DNA of 64,000 bases, from NCBI GenBank assembly GCA_030593065.1, contig JAUVHV010000002.1:104098-168097 (forward strand), given 5' to 3'. A model generated the notes under the pieces. It had not been told where the DNA came from. It made no database searches and saw nothing but the letters and a program-made list of their open reading frames with translations. This DNA is from Candidatus Omnitrophota bacterium (lineage in GTDB: Bacteria > Omnitrophota > Gorgyraeia > JABMRG01). Shown here in pieces: positions 9,274 through 20,302 of this stretch. The translations under genes and the position numbers were made by a program. Positions within the stretch are counted from its first letter, which is position 1; the number at the start of each line of letters is the position of its first letter.

Positions 9274-10338
9274 TTACAGCCTTTCAATCCTTGCCTTTTT
9301 ATCCGCAACCATAAGCCCGGTTATTATCTCTTCCAGATCGCCGCCAAGTATGGCTTCTAATTTATGCAGCGTCAAACCTATCCTGTGATCAGTAATTCGC
9401 CTGTCTGGAAAATTATATGTTCTTATCTTCTCACTTCTATCACCAGTGCCAACCTGGCTTTTTCTATGCTTAGAGATCTTATCCGCGTGCTCCTGCCTTG
9501 CTTTATCGAAAATTCGCGAACGTAATACCTTCATCGCTTTTATTTTATTCTTTAGTTGTGAACGTTCATCCTGACATATAACAACTATATCTGTCGGAAT
9601 ATGGGTTATGCGTACAGCGGAATCTGTTGTATTTACGCTTTGCCCCCCGTGCCCACCTGAGCGGTATACATCCATACGTATATCCTTTGGGTCAATACTA
9701 ACATCTATCTCTTCAGCTTCAGGCAATACCGCGACAGTTACAGCAGACGTATGAATCCTGCCCTGTGACTCTGTAGTTGGTACACGCTGGACTCTATGGG
9801 TTCCGCTCTCATACTGAAATCTTTTGTAAACATCGCTGCCTTCTACGGCGAAGACCACTTCTTTTATACCACCTGCCTCTGAAGTCGATGTATTCATTAC
9901 ATCGACTTTCCACCCTCTGTTCTGCGCATATTTAGAATACATCCTGAAAAGATCCGCGGCAAATAGAGACGCTTCAAGGCCCCCTGTACCAGCGCGTATC
10001 TCCATTATTACATTACGATCTGCATCAGGGTCATCCGCTATCAGCATCTGTTCTAACTCGGATTTAAGTCTGCCAAGCTTAATCTCAAGCTCGCCTATTT
10101 CTGACTTTGCCAATTCCATAAAATCTGGTTCGTGTTTTTCAGCAAGCATCGACTCAAGCTTAGATTTCTCCTGTTCACATAAAAGATAATCATCGTATTT
10201 CTGCACTATAGAGGAGGTGGAAGATAGCTCTTTAGCATACCGTTGATAAAGAGTCCTGTCTTTCAAGACTTCGTGATCCGCTAAAAGCTTCTCTAGCTCT
10301 TCCGCGCGATTTTTTTTCCGTGATAGTGATTCAAACAT
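9274..10338 (-). CDS. prfA: Peptide chain release factor 1
   Basis: 354 aa; SGGHGGQSVN (GGQ) motif; RF1-type. Confidence 0.93.
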   Translation of the reverse strand: MFESLSRKKNRAEELEKLLADHEVLKDRTLYQRYAKELSSTSSIVQKYDDYLLCEQEKSKLESMLAEKHEPDFMELAKSEIGELEIKLGRLKSELEQMLIADDPDADRNVIMEIRAGTGGLEASLFAADLFRMYSKYAQNRGWKVDVMNTSTSEAGGIKEVVFAVEGSDVYKRFQYESGTHRVQRVPTTESQGRIHTSAVTVAVLPEAEEIDVSIDPKDIRMDVYRSGGHGGQSVNTTDSAVRITHIPTDIVVICQDERSQLKNKIKAMKVLRSRIFDKARQEHADKISKHRKSQVGTGDRSEKIRTYNFPDRRITDHRIGLTLHKLEAILGGDLEEIITGLMVADKKARIERL

Positions 10339-10375
10339 ACTCAGTTATTGGTTATCTGCTGTTAACCATCTTCTC

Positions 10376-10576
10376 TTACTTCTTGCCATACTTCTTCATA
10401 AACTTCTCGACTCTGCCCGCGGAATCAATAAGCTTATGCTTGCCTGTAAAAAACGGGTGGCACTTAGAACAGATCTCCACCTTTATGTTAGGCTTTGTGC
10501 AACGGGTATGTATAACCACGCCGCATGCGCATGTTATTGTTGTCTCTTTATACTCGGGATGTATCTTCTTCTTCAT
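10376..10576 (-). CDS. rpmE: 50S ribosomal protein L31
   Basis: 66 aa; [19 protein letters not shown]...C..CHPF. Confidence 0.9.
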   Translation of the reverse strand: MKKKIHPEYKETTITCACGVVIHTRCTKPNIKVEICSKCHPFFTGKHKLIDSAGRVEKFMKKYGKK

Positions 10577-10593
10577 TGTATTATCCTCCTTTT

Positions 10594-11850
10594 TTAAACC
10601 TTATTCATACTCATTAAAAATTCCGCGTTTGTCTTTGTCCTGGCCAGCTTTTCAATAATAAGCTGCATCGCCTCATCTGATGGTAATTCATTCAATACTT
10701 TACGGAGTATCCATACGCGTTTGAGTTCATCGGGATCAAGCAAAAGCTCTTCTTTTCTTGTATTTGAACGTTTTATATCTATTGCGGGGTAGATTCTTTT
10801 CTGAAAAAGGCTTCTATCCAACTGCAATTCCATATTGCCCGTTCCTTTAAATTCCTCAAAGATAACCTCGTCCATCCTGCTGCCAGTATCGATTAAAGCG
10901 GTCGCTATGATTGTAAGGGATCCACCCTCCTCAATATTACGTGCCGCGCCAAAAAACCGTTTAGGCTTATGGAGCGCGTTTGAATCAACACCGCCTGAAA
11001 GTATCTTTCCGCTATGAGGTACCACCGAGTTGTAAGCACGAGCAAGCCGCGTTATGCTATCAAGCAGAATAAGAACATCCTTCTTATGCTCTACGAGCCT
11101 TTTCGCCTTTGCAAGAACCATATCAGCCACTTGTACATGCCTCTCTGCCGGCTCATCAAAAGTTGAGCTTACTACTTCTCCCTTAACAGAGCGCTGCATA
11201 TCCGTAACCTCCTCAGGCCTCTCATCAATCAATAGTACTATAAGTATGGTATTAGGCGCGTTCTTAATAACCGCATTAGCGATCTTTTGCAAAATAACTG
11301 TCTTTCCGCTATAAGGCGGCGCTACTATCATACCACGCTGCCCTTTTCCTATAGGTGTTAAAAGATCCATGACCCTGGTCGATAGATCCTTTGGGTCATT
11401 TTCAAGTAAGAACCTGTCGGTTGGATAAAGAGGAGTAAGATTATCAAAGACTATTTTATCCTTTGCTTTTTCAGGATCAGTGAAATTAACACTCTCCACC
11501 TTAAGAAGCGCAAAATAGCGTTCTCCCTCTTTAGGGGAGCGTATCTGTCCATGTATGGTATCGCCGGTCTTTAAATCAAACTTTCTTATCTGGCTTGGAG
11601 ATACATATATATCATCCGGGCACGGAAGGTAATTATAGTTAGGTGATCTCAGAAAACCAAAGCCATCCGGCAGCACCTCAAGCACGCCGCCACCACTTAT
11701 GACCCCTTCGCCCCGCGTCTGCGACTGAAGTATCTTGAATATAAGATCCTGTTTCTTAAGGCCGCTTACTTCATTAACTTTAAGATCGTTTGCGATCTTA
11801 TTTAATTCCAACACCTTCATCTTTTTTAGTTCCGCGGCATCTATAGCCAT
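10594..11850 (-). CDS. rho: Transcription termination factor Rho
   Basis: 418 aa; N-terminal RNA-binding domain plus RecA-like core ([15 protein letters not shown] Walker A). Confidence 0.93.
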   Translation of the reverse strand: MAIDAAELKKMKVLELNKIANDLKVNEVSGLKKQDLIFKILQSQTRGEGVISGGGVLEVLPDGFGFLRSPNYNYLPCPDDIYVSPSQIRKFDLKTGDTIHGQIRSPKEGERYFALLKVESVNFTDPEKAKDKIVFDNLTPLYPTDRFLLENDPKDLSTRVMDLLTPIGKGQRGMIVAPPYSGKTVILQKIANAVIKNAPNTILIVLLIDERPEEVTDMQRSVKGEVVSSTFDEPAERHVQVADMVLAKAKRLVEHKKDVLILLDSITRLARAYNSVVPHSGKILSGGVDSNALHKPKRFFGAARNIEEGGSLTIIATALIDTGSRMDEVIFEEFKGTGNMELQLDRSLFQKRIYPAIDIKRSNTRKEELLLDPDELKRVWILRKVLNELPSDEAMQLIIEKLARTKTNAEFLMSMNKV

Positions 11851-11851
11851 T

Positions 11852-12463
11852 TTATCTTCTCCTTATTTTTCTGATTTTAAATTCACTGGTAATTTCCACG
11901 CATTTTTGCCTTAGCTTTGCTAAGGCCGCGTTATTATCTATTATATAATCTGCGTATCGTACCTTTTCATGGAGGGGCATCTGTAAACGTATACGCGATA
12001 AAGCATCCTTACGCCGTATCTTCTTCTTTATCCAGGCACGTTCAAGCTGTAATGGTAAAGAAGAAGTAACAACTATCAATAGATCGCATTCTTTGTAAAA
12101 ACCGGATTCTATCAGGACCGGGCCGTCAATAACAAAATCGGAGATACCTTGTTTATAAATCTCTTCTCTAATGCTATCTATCTCAGCTATGATAACAGGG
12201 TAGATGATATCGCATAATTTTTTATAACTGTGTCTATTCGCGAAGGCCTTCTCTGCTAATTTAGTCCTGTCAACCTTACCTTCCTTGTCAAGTATCTCTT
12301 TTCCGAAATTCGAAACAATCCGTTTTATCAGACTGGTATTTTTGCTAACCTGACTGCGCGCGACTTTATCCGCGTCTATTAATTTTGCGTTCAGATCAGC
12401 TGCTATATATCTTGCTGCGGTTGATGTACCCGTTCCAAGGCTTCCTGTAACTCCAATAATCAT
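11852..12463 (-). CDS. coaE: Dephospho-CoA kinase
   Basis: 203 aa; [18 protein letters not shown]-loop. Confidence 0.88.
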   Translation of the reverse strand: MIIGVTGSLGTGTSTAARYIAADLNAKLIDADKVARSQVSKNTSLIKRIVSNFGKEILDKEGKVDRTKLAEKAFANRHSYKKLCDIIYPVIIAEIDSIREEIYKQGISDFVIDGPVLIESGFYKECDLLIVVTSSLPLQLERAWIKKKIRRKDALSRIRLQMPLHEKVRYADYIIDNNAALAKLRQKCVEITSEFKIRKIRRR

Positions 12464-12478
12464 AAATTTTATGCGTGT

Positions 12479-13858
12479 TTAGCTTAAAACTTTCTTATAT
12501 ATCTCTATGTACTTTTTGGCAGATCTATCCCATGAAAAATCGTACGCCGCTATTTTTTTAATAAGCTTAAGCCAACTCTGCTTATCCTTATATACAGATA
12601 CTGCCTTTCTTATCGCTTTGAGCAAATGCTCTGGCTTGCAGTCATTGAACAAAAAGCCATTACCTTCTCCGGTTTCAGTATTATATTCGATTACCGTATC
12701 TGCCAACCCACCTGTCTTTCTGGCAACAGGAACAGTCAGATATTTAAAACTTATTAACTGCCCCAAACCGCATGGCTCATACCTTGAAGGCATAATAAAT
12801 ATATCACTTGCTGCGTATATTTTCTGGGCAAGATCCGCATTAAAAGTCAGATTTACAGAAGTATTTGACGGATGTTTTTTCGCGACCTTTTTGAAGATAC
12901 GCTGGTAACGCTCTTCGCCAGCGCCTAATAATACAAAACCTATATCCATATCGCAAAGCCTATTTACTATCTCAGCTAAAATATCATAGCCTTTCTGCTC
13001 AGCAAGCCTTCCTACGGTTCCTATCAAAGGTGAGTTGATACCTGTCTTAAGGCCGAGTTCCTTTAGCAACATCTCTTTATTCACATATTTTGCCTTGATA
13101 TCATCGACAGAATAATTTTTATAGAGAGCTTTATCCGTTAAAGGGTCCCATATATCATAATCTATACCATTCAAAACACCGTGCAAGCTATATGCGCGGG
13201 ACTTCAATATGCCCTCCATGCCGCATCCAAACTCTTTGGTTTGAATCTCCTTTGCGTATGTAGGACTTACTGTAGTAATAACATCTGAAAAGATAAGTCC
13301 TCCCTTTAACAGGCTAAACCTTCCGTAATATTCCAAGCCGTTTATATCGAATAAGCTTTTATCAAGCCCTGTTTTACCCCATTCGCCCTCATCAAAACTT
13401 CCGGTATAGGCGAGGTTATGTATGGTAAATACTGTTTTTGTATCTTTAAAAAAATCATCCTTCCTATACAAGGTTTTAAGATATACAGGGACAAGCCCTG
13501 TCTGCCAGTCATTACAGTGTATAATATCAGGCTTAAAACCATCTCTTTTTACAGACTCAAGTGCCTCTTTACAGTAATATGCAAAGCGTTCTAAATTATC
13601 AGAATGGTCTTTGCCTTCTTCATCAACATATATACCATCCTTATTATAAAGATTATCGTTTACTATAAAATAGACCTTTATTCTTTTACCTATCTGCGCA
13701 AAATTACCTTCAGCTTTTATTTCTTTATATTTAGGCAAGGCTATCCTTACCTCAGCACCCTGATGCTCCAGGGCAACAGGCAAGGCACCGGCTACATCAG
13801 CCAGGCCGCCTGTCTTTGCAAACGGTACAACTTCACTCGATAAAAAAAGTATCTTCAT
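12479..13858 (-). CDS. glgA: Glycogen synthase (ADP-glucose type, GT5)
   Basis: 459 aa; KTGGLADVAGALP N-terminal motif and the ...VARKTGGLADTV C-terminal motif. Confidence 0.88.
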   Translation of the reverse strand: MKILFLSSEVVPFAKTGGLADVAGALPVALEHQGAEVRIALPKYKEIKAEGNFAQIGKRIKVYFIVNDNLYNKDGIYVDEEGKDHSDNLERFAYYCKEALESVKRDGFKPDIIHCNDWQTGLVPVYLKTLYRKDDFFKDTKTVFTIHNLAYTGSFDEGEWGKTGLDKSLFDINGLEYYGRFSLLKGGLIFSDVITTVSPTYAKEIQTKEFGCGMEGILKSRAYSLHGVLNGIDYDIWDPLTDKALYKNYSVDDIKAKYVNKEMLLKELGLKTGINSPLIGTVGRLAEQKGYDILAEIVNRLCDMDIGFVLLGAGEERYQRIFKKVAKKHPSNTSVNLTFNADLAQKIYAASDIFIMPSRYEPCGLGQLISFKYLTVPVARKTGGLADTVIEYNTETGEGNGFLFNDCKPEHLLKAIRKAVSVYKDKQSWLKLIKKIAAYDFSWDRSAKKYIEIYKKVLS

Positions 13859-13882
13859 AATTAAGTAAATGTTCGAGGCTGT

Positions 13883-16543
13883 TTAAGCTTCCATCCAGTT
13901 TTTACCACTTGAAATATTTACCTTCACCGATGCCTTTAACCTTACCACCTCTTCCATGCCCCCTTTAACAACATCGCTCATCTCTGCAAGCTCATCCTTT
14001 GGTATATCAAAGACAAGCTCATCATGAACCTGGAGAACCATCTTTCCTTTTAAATTTTTATTTATTATCTCATCATGTATATATATCATAGCCATCTTTA
14101 TTATATCAGCGGCTGAACCTTGTATGGGTGTATTTATAGCTATTCTTTCCGCAAACTGCCTTATATTATGATTTTCTGAATTTATCTCAGGTATATAACG
14201 CCTGCGATTAAACATGGTAAGCACATACCCATTCGCTTTGGCAAACTCAATCTGATTCTGCATATATTCATTTACTTTGGGATATCGCAAAAAATAAGCA
14301 TCTATAAAACTCTTCGCAACTTCAGGACTGATACCAAGTTCTTTTGAAAGCCCATAAGGGCTCATGCCATATACAATACCAAAATTTACGGTCTTTGCCT
14401 GGCTGCGCATCTCCTCATCCACAGCTGTAATATCGCAACCGAATATAAGCGATGCTGTAAATGTATGTATATCCATGTCATGCCTGAACGCGTCCAGCAA
14501 TATCTCATCTTCACAAAGGTGTGCCAAAATACAAAGCTCTATCTGCGAATAATCAGCTGAGAGTATAAACCCGTCATTAAAAGACGATATAAATGCCTTT
14601 CGGATCTCTTTCCCAATCTTCGTCTTTATTGGTATATTTTGCAAATTCGGCCTTGATGAACTCAAGCGGCCTGTAGCTGTTACTGTCTGATTAAATGATG
14701 TGTGTACTTTTCCGGTATTCCGGTTTATCAATTCCGGTAATGCATCAACATAAGTGGTGGTAAGCTTTGCCAACTCTCTGTATTCAAGTATAACTCTTGG
14801 AAGCGCGTGCTGAAGAGCTAATTTTGTCAAAACCTCCGCATCGGTTGAAAAGCCTGTCTTTGTCTTCTTTATAACAGGAAGTTTAAGCTTCTCAAATAAA
14901 ACATTGCTAAGCTGTTTAGGTGAATTTACATTAAATTCGCATTCAGCGATTTCATATATCTGACAGCTTAAATTATCGAGTTTTTTTCGCATATTTTTTG
15001 ACATATTCGCAAGAAACTTTTCGTCAATCTTTATACCTGAAAACTCCATATCAGAAAGCACGTTAATAAGAGGCAGCTCAATATCATTAAAAAGTTTATC
15101 AAGCCCTTTCTCTGCAAGCAGCTTTGCCAGGATAGACTTTAACCGAAATGCCGCCTCAGAATCCTGGCAACAATATCTTGATATCTCAGGTATAGGTACC
15201 TCAGCCATGGTAATCTTCATTTTGCCTTTACTTATCAACTCGCTTATAGGTGTCATCCTGATACCAAGATACTCCATGCTTATGTCTGAAAGGTTATGAT
15301 TAGGTTTGGATGGGTTCAGGAGATACGACGCAACCATAGTATCAAAGCATATCCCCTTTAACTCTATACCAAGATTTTTAAGAAGCAGCTTTTCATATTT
15401 TATATTTTGGCCTATCTTTTTGATAGATGGGTTTTCAAAGATCGGTTTTAAAGTTTTTAATATATAATCTCTTTGCGAGTAAGCAGCGGAGGCCTTGATA
15501 AAACTTACATATCGCGCAGCATGCTTCTTCCAGCAGAATGATACTCCCACGATCTCGCATTCTAAAGGAAAAGTTGATGTAGTCTCAAAATCAAAAGCCC
15601 ACTCTTTCTCTTTTTTTAACAAAGATACAAGTTTATCAAACTCATCTTTTGAAGATATAACCTCATAAGAACCTTCCAGCTCTTTCCTGGGAGCAAACTC
15701 CCCTATCAGCTTGCGAAATTCAAGCTCTTTAAATATAATCAGCAACTTTTCGTTGTCAGGCTCTTTTATTCGCATATCTTTAAAATTTATGTCAATATCA
15801 ACATTCTTGTCGATTGTCGCGAGTTCGCGGCTAATATATGCGCTTTCTAAATTATTTTTTATTATCTTTCTCTTAGCCTCACTCTTTATGCCTTCTATAT
15901 TCTCAATAAGGTTATCAAGGCTGTTAAATTCGGATATAAGCTCTATCGCCGTCTTTTCTCCTATACCCGGAATACCGGGAATATTATCGCTTGAATCTCC
16001 CATAAGCGCCATGATATCTACTATTCTTTGAGGCCCAACACCATAACGCTCTTTTACTCTCTTCTCATCATAGATAAGGCCTTCTTTATGCGTTGAATAT
16101 ACTTTTACATTCTTAGATACAAGCTGAAGAGCATCTTTGTCGCCTGTTACTACAAATGTCATTAAACCCCTCTCTTCAGCCTGTAAAGCTATTGTGCCTA
16201 TTATATCATCAGCTTCGAAACCACCCTTCTCATATATAGGTATGTTATATGCCTTAAGAACCTTTTTTATAATCGGCATCTGAGCAACAAGATCTTCGGG
16301 CATCGGTTTTCTATGCGCTTTATAGTCTTTGTATCTCTTATGCCTGAATGTGGGTTCTTTCAGGTCGAATGAGACAGCAATAAAATCCGGAGACTCCGAC
16401 TCTATCAACTTCTTAAGCATAATCACAAAACCATATACAGCATTAGTCGGAAACCCTTTAGAATTCGTAAGGCTCTTTATGGCATAATAAGCACGATAAC
16501 AGAACGCGTTACCGTCTATTAAAAAAAATCTCTTCTTTCTCAT
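13883..16543 (-). CDS. polA: DNA polymerase I
   Basis: 886 aa; 5'-3' exonuclease N-terminus, 3'-5' exo-like middle, and family A polymerase motifs (RRxAKxxNFGxxYG-like KTVNFGIVYG; QVHDELV). Confidence 0.93.
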   Translation of the reverse strand: MRKKRFFLIDGNAFCYRAYYAIKSLTNSKGFPTNAVYGFVIMLKKLIESESPDFIAVSFDLKEPTFRHKRYKDYKAHRKPMPEDLVAQMPIIKKVLKAYNIPIYEKGGFEADDIIGTIALQAEERGLMTFVVTGDKDALQLVSKNVKVYSTHKEGLIYDEKRVKERYGVGPQRIVDIMALMGDSSDNIPGIPGIGEKTAIELISEFNSLDNLIENIEGIKSEAKRKIIKNNLESAYISRELATIDKNVDIDINFKDMRIKEPDNEKLLIIFKELEFRKLIGEFAPRKELEGSYEVISSKDEFDKLVSLLKKEKEWAFDFETTSTFPLECEIVGVSFCWKKHAARYVSFIKASAAYSQRDYILKTLKPIFENPSIKKIGQNIKYEKLLLKNLGIELKGICFDTMVASYLLNPSKPNHNLSDISMEYLGIRMTPISELISKGKMKITMAEVPIPEISRYCCQDSEAAFRLKSILAKLLAEKGLDKLFNDIELPLINVLSDMEFSGIKIDEKFLANMSKNMRKKLDNLSCQIYEIAECEFNVNSPKQLSNVLFEKLKLPVIKKTKTGFSTDAEVLTKLALQHALPRVILEYRELAKLTTTYVDALPELINRNTGKVHTSFNQTVTATGRLSSSRPNLQNIPIKTKIGKEIRKAFISSFNDGFILSADYSQIELCILAHLCEDEILLDAFRHDMDIHTFTASLIFGCDITAVDEEMRSQAKTVNFGIVYGMSPYGLSKELGISPEVAKSFIDAYFLRYPKVNEYMQNQIEFAKANGYVLTMFNRRRYIPEINSENHNIRQFAERIAINTPIQGSAADIIKMAMIYIHDEIINKNLKGKMVLQVHDELVFDIPKDELAEMSDVVKGGMEEVVRLKASVKVNISSGKNWMEA

Positions 16544-16648
16544 GTATGTAACCTTATTCCATATGTATTACGGATTAAAAATTCAGAAAGGGTTAGTTAA
16601 AAAGGATAATAGTAAAAATAAGAAAAACTTAACAATATCCAAAAGAGG

Positions 16649-17284
16649 TTAATTTAGAGAGGATATAAGTTTCTCCATTCCCCTGCTCTCTTCATCCAGT
16701 TGCTTATACAGTGTGATTAAACCGTGTGTAGCCTTTACAAACCACTCGATCTTGACCTTACTGCTGGGGTAAATCTTATAACATAGGTTGTAGCGTTTTT
16801 CAGCAGCCTTAAAATTACCAAGCTGGCAGTCCTTCTGCGCCTGCTCTAAAAAATATTTTACCGCCAGGCTATCCATGCGTTTTGTACGCCTATCATACTC
16901 TGCCAGGATATTAGCCATCTTAAGCTTTACAACTTCAATCCTACCGCGAGCCTCTACTATACCTTCCTGTATAACAACGCATTCCAGATAAAGTTTAGCA
17001 GGCTCGTATGACGGCTCTATTTTCAAAATCTGTTCAAAACAGGCCTTGGATTTTACATATTTCTTAGAACGATAATATGACTTACCATCGTTAAAATACT
17101 TATTAATAGAGGTTGCCCTCTTCTGCGCCTGCTTCTGCTTCATATCCGCTATTCTGGCAAATTCCTCCGTAGATCCGTCTCGCATAAATACAGGGGCAGC
17201 TTGTAAAGTGGCGGGCAGTAACAGTATAAGTAGTATGCAATAATAAATTAATATATGTATATAAGCTCTATACCTGCTTTTCAT
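16649..17284 (-). CDS. Hypothetical secreted protein (signal peptide, TPR-like helical repeats)
   Basis: 211 aa; hydrophobic N-terminus ending AA-PVF; Lys/Tyr-rich helical repeats. No recognisable catalytic motif. Confidence 0.4.
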   Translation of the reverse strand: MKSRYRAYIHILIYYCILLILLLPATLQAAPVFMRDGSTEEFARIADMKQKQAQKRATSINKYFNDGKSYYRSKKYVKSKACFEQILKIEPSYEPAKLYLECVVIQEGIVEARGRIEVVKLKMANILAEYDRRTKRMDSLAVKYFLEQAQKDCQLGNFKAAEKRYNLCYKIYPSSKVKIEWFVKATHGLITLYKQLDEESRGMEKLISSLN

Positions 17285-17343
17285 TTATATATAATATACA
17301 CAAATTGATATGGCTTGTCAAGAATAAACACTGAAAAAAGTTT

Positions 17344-17955
17344 CTAATGCTTACTGTAATCTCCTAGAGACCTTTTGAGGTCATTCGATATCTCATGCAT
17401 CTTAGAGATAAGTAAATTTATCTTCATCGCGTCTACAGGCTGTTTTTGAAGCTCTTGCTCAATAGTATTTAACAAATCATCCATAGCCTTTGTATGCCCT
17501 ATATTTTTTTGCGCCGTTTCTCTTAAATTTCGTATTACCATATTCAGAGAACCTGCCAAACTTTGAAGCTCATCACTTTTTCTTAAAGTTATCTCTGAAG
17601 TAAGGTCTCCTTCCGCTATCTTCCTCAATATAGCCTCCATCCTATACCATGGCCCCGCAATACGATGGGAGATTATAATACTAAACCATGCTGCAAAAGG
17701 TATTATAACAATTGCGGAAGAGAGAGCTTTTATATTCGCTATTCGCAAAATTGTGATAAGCCTGCCCTGTGGGTAAACATTCGCCAGCATCTTGGAAAGA
17801 TAAGGAAAGACCGCTAAGTATGTTATAATGCTTGATATACCAACTGTCAATAATATAAATAACGATATAATAAAAGCATACCGGAATTGAAAGGCTCTCT
17901 TTATAAGATAAGTTCTTCTCGGCACAACAGCCATCCCTATACTTCCTTTCTCCAT
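17344..17955 (-). CDS. HAMP domain-containing membrane protein (no output domain)
   Basis: 203 aa; two TM segments then a HAMP-like stretch (IAEGDLTSEITLRKSDELQSLAGSLNMVIRNL). The start may be the internal Met at 17934. Confidence 0.5.
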   Translation of the reverse strand: MEKGSIGMAVVPRRTYLIKRAFQFRYAFIISLFILLTVGISSIITYLAVFPYLSKMLANVYPQGRLITILRIANIKALSSAIVIIPFAAWFSIIISHRIAGPWYRMEAILRKIAEGDLTSEITLRKSDELQSLAGSLNMVIRNLRETAQKNIGHTKAMDDLLNTIEQELQKQPVDAMKINLLISKMHEISNDLKRSLGDYSKH

Positions 17956-18911
17956 AAAGCCAAATCTCTTGCTATATCAAGGTTAACGCTGCCCCTCAAA
18001 AGAGAATTAGATATCTTATTTTTTACACTATTAAAAGGGGTATAACGTACCGGAGCCCCATCAATATGAGTGATAATATCCCCTTCCATAAGGCCGCTAC
18101 GTACTCCCACAGAATTACGCTTCAGCGCTGCAACCACCAACCCGCCTTCCTGCATCTTTAGTGACAAACCAATATTATCAAGGCCTTTATCCTGCTTACC
18201 CGACGCAGGAATTGTTACCATTCTCTTTATGTTCAAAATAATCTCCGGCGAAGAACTTTCCATAATCATGTCCATTATCGTGTCAAGTGCAAGATAGCCG
18301 GTCAACTTTCCCCATATAGAGATGATTATATCGCCTTTTCTTATGCCGGATTCTTCTGCCGCGGAAAAAGGCGTAACCTTTACAATCTTTGGCATACCCT
18401 TATCTGAAGCGAGAACTAATCCCGTCGCTTTTTTAAAACGTTCTTCTTCTGTAATGGTGGTTTTTTTGACTTTTGGATTATAGAGTCTTCCTGATTCCTT
18501 AAAGAGCGCCTGCTTTCTCGCCATGTCATCTTTAAACTGCTTCTCAGGATTCCTTAAAAGTGTTGAACGCATATAAATAAATTTATCTTTCGCTTCCTTG
18601 TAATCCGGGTTAAGCTCATACGCCTTCTTATAATAGGTGTATGCCTTTGCTAAATTTCCATTCCGCTGGTAATAATCCCCAAGCTTTACCAGATTCTGTT
18701 CTTTCCTATCATAAAGAATATCTTTTATATCAGATTTATCAAAGTGTTTTTCACCATAAATAGTGCTTAAGACAATGCTCTGGTAATAATTTTCCACTAC
18801 AATACCTTTTACCTTACTGCCGTCTTTTAGGCATACCGTGTCCGCAACTGTTGTAAATTGAAACAGTAAAACCGAACAGATAATTAATAGAAAAAAAATA
18901 AATAGTTTCAT
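17937..18911 (-). CDS. Secreted TPR + tandem PDZ domain protein
   Basis: 324 aa; signal peptide; TPR-like YYKKAYELNPDY; two PDZ-like segments (GIRKGDIIISIWG; GLMEGDIITHIDG). Confidence 0.55.
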   Translation of the reverse strand: MKLFIFFLLIICSVLLFQFTTVADTVCLKDGSKVKGIVVENYYQSIVLSTIYGEKHFDKSDIKDILYDRKEQNLVKLGDYYQRNGNLAKAYTYYKKAYELNPDYKEAKDKFIYMRSTLLRNPEKQFKDDMARKQALFKESGRLYNPKVKKTTITEEERFKKATGLVLASDKGMPKIVKVTPFSAAEESGIRKGDIIISIWGKLTGYLALDTIMDMIMESSSPEIILNIKRMVTIPASGKQDKGLDNIGLSLKMQEGGLVVAALKRNSVGVRSGLMEGDIITHIDGAPVRYTPFNSVKNKISNSLLRGSVNLDIARDLALWRKEV

Positions 18912-19244
18912 CTATCTAATAGACTTTAATATTAAATATATAAGAAATGTTATCGTGCCAGCTGATATAAAATAAAAATCATTAAAATAGAAAAAATCTT
19001 TTATGTTTGATAAAAAAGTATCTGAATATCCCTGCTCCTCAGGCCTGTTTTTCTTAACATCCATTCTAACGCAGCCCCCATATTTACCTCTCAAGGAAAA
19101 TATATTCTCCTCCTTAAACCTGAGGTATATTCCACCAATATGATACGCGGGAATCTTACCCTTATTGGCAAGATCGCGTACCTCTTTTTCAGAGAGCCTA
19201 AGGCACTCCGCCGCCTCTTTAAGAGTTAAAAGCTTATCCGACAT
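18912..19244 (-). CDS. Excisionase-family HTH (HTH_17-like) DNA-binding protein with a C-terminal TM segment
   Basis: 110 aa; LLTLKEAAECLRLSEKEVRDLANKGKIPAYHIGG matches excisionase/MerR-superfamily HTH; hydrophobic C-terminus. Confidence 0.55.
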   Translation of the reverse strand: MSDKLLTLKEAAECLRLSEKEVRDLANKGKIPAYHIGGIYLRFKEENIFSLRGKYGGCVRMDVKKNRPEEQGYSDTFLSNIKDFFYFNDFYFISAGTITFLIYLILKSIR

Positions 19245-19250
19245 GGCCTG

Positions 19251-19805
19251 TTATTTGCTGACCCTCTCTTTTGCTATCCAGCTGTCTATCTCCTCTTTGT
19301 GAAATTTCCATGCATTATTCTCTTTTATTGCCGGGATCTTTTTCTGCGCAGCCCATTCTTTTACAAGCGAGGTATCTACTTCAAGATAACGCGCGACCTC
19401 ATCAATGGCCATTACCTTAGAATTACCGGATGTTATGGTCTGTTCTGATAAAGAAGACATTTTACAATTTCCATTGAGAATTGCGCCATCTGACACAGTA
19501 AGCATAGGAGTTACTATATCACCTATGATATTTGCGGGAGCAATAAGATTGAGCCTTTTGGTTGCTATGATATTGCCGGTAACCTTTCCAGCTATAGTAA
19601 TATTCTCACCATTTATATCAGCCATTACATGGGCATTCTCTCCTATAATAAGATTTCCTTTTGTATCGAGCTTGCCTTCAAATTCACCATTTATTCTAAG
19701 GTCTACAGGATCCTTAAATATCATCGTTCCCTGCATTGTCGCATTTATATCTAATACTTTCTCTACTGGCTGATCATCTTTTTTCGGCCTTCTTAAACTT
19801 ACCAT
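19251..19805 (-). CDS. Bactofilin domain protein fused to a C-terminal excisionase-family HTH
   Basis: 184 aa; bactofilin beta-helix repeats (INGEFEGKL...IGENAHVMADINGENITIAGKVTGNIIATKRLNLIAPANIIGDIV), then MAIDEVARYLEVDTSLVKEWAAQKKIPAIK, an HTH_17-like segment paralogous to the neighbouring gene. Confidence 0.65.
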   Translation of the reverse strand: MVSLRRPKKDDQPVEKVLDINATMQGTMIFKDPVDLRINGEFEGKLDTKGNLIIGENAHVMADINGENITIAGKVTGNIIATKRLNLIAPANIIGDIVTPMLTVSDGAILNGNCKMSSLSEQTITSGNSKVMAIDEVARYLEVDTSLVKEWAAQKKIPAIKENNAWKFHKEEIDSWIAKERVSK

Positions 19806-19867
19806 ATCGCCTCTCCTTTCCTTACCCTGCTTTTTAAGGGTATACGCGGTTAACTTTTCCTACTTAT

Positions 19868-20302
19868 TCATTTCTTGCGGCTTACCTTATCATGTACCTT
19901 ACTCAAAACTAAAAGGCTTGCCAATATAAGTACAGTTGCAAATGCTGATACAATAAAAAGTCCTGAACCCACTGCCAGGCCGATACCCGCTATAGACCAT
20001 AAACTGGCAGCTGTTGTCAGGCCTACTATTGAAACACGGGACCTTATAATAGTACCTGCTCCGAGAAAACCGATTCCGCTTACAACCTGAGCAGCTATTC
20101 TGCCTGGATCCGCATCCGCAATGCCTTTATAAATATCAAATATATGCATTGAGGTAAGCATTATAACACATGAACCAATGCAGACTAATATATGCGTTCT
20201 AAAGCCCGCTGCTTTTTCATGAACCTCTCTTTCTATACCAACTACCCCCCCTAAAAAAGCGGCATATATAAGTCTTATTATCATTTGCACCTCTGTAAGC
20301 AC
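19868..20302 (-). CDS. MgtC/SapB family membrane protein
   Basis: 144 aa; IEREVHEKAAGFRTHILVCIGSCVIM ... GIGFLGAGTIIR, typical of MgtC. Confidence 0.8.
   Translation of the reverse strand: MLTEVQMIIRLIYAAFLGGVVGIEREVHEKAAGFRTHILVCIGSCVIMLTSMHIFDIYKGIADADPGRIAAQVVSGIGFLGAGTIIRSRVSIVGLTTAASLWSIAGIGLAVGSGLFIVSAFATVLILASLLVLSKVHDKVSRKK

Noticed and set aside
12479-13858. Stand-alone glgA as evidence of a glycogen island
   Set aside because: There is no glgB/glgC/glgP nearby; a single GT5 glycogen synthase in a housekeeping run is not unusual enough to report as a finding.
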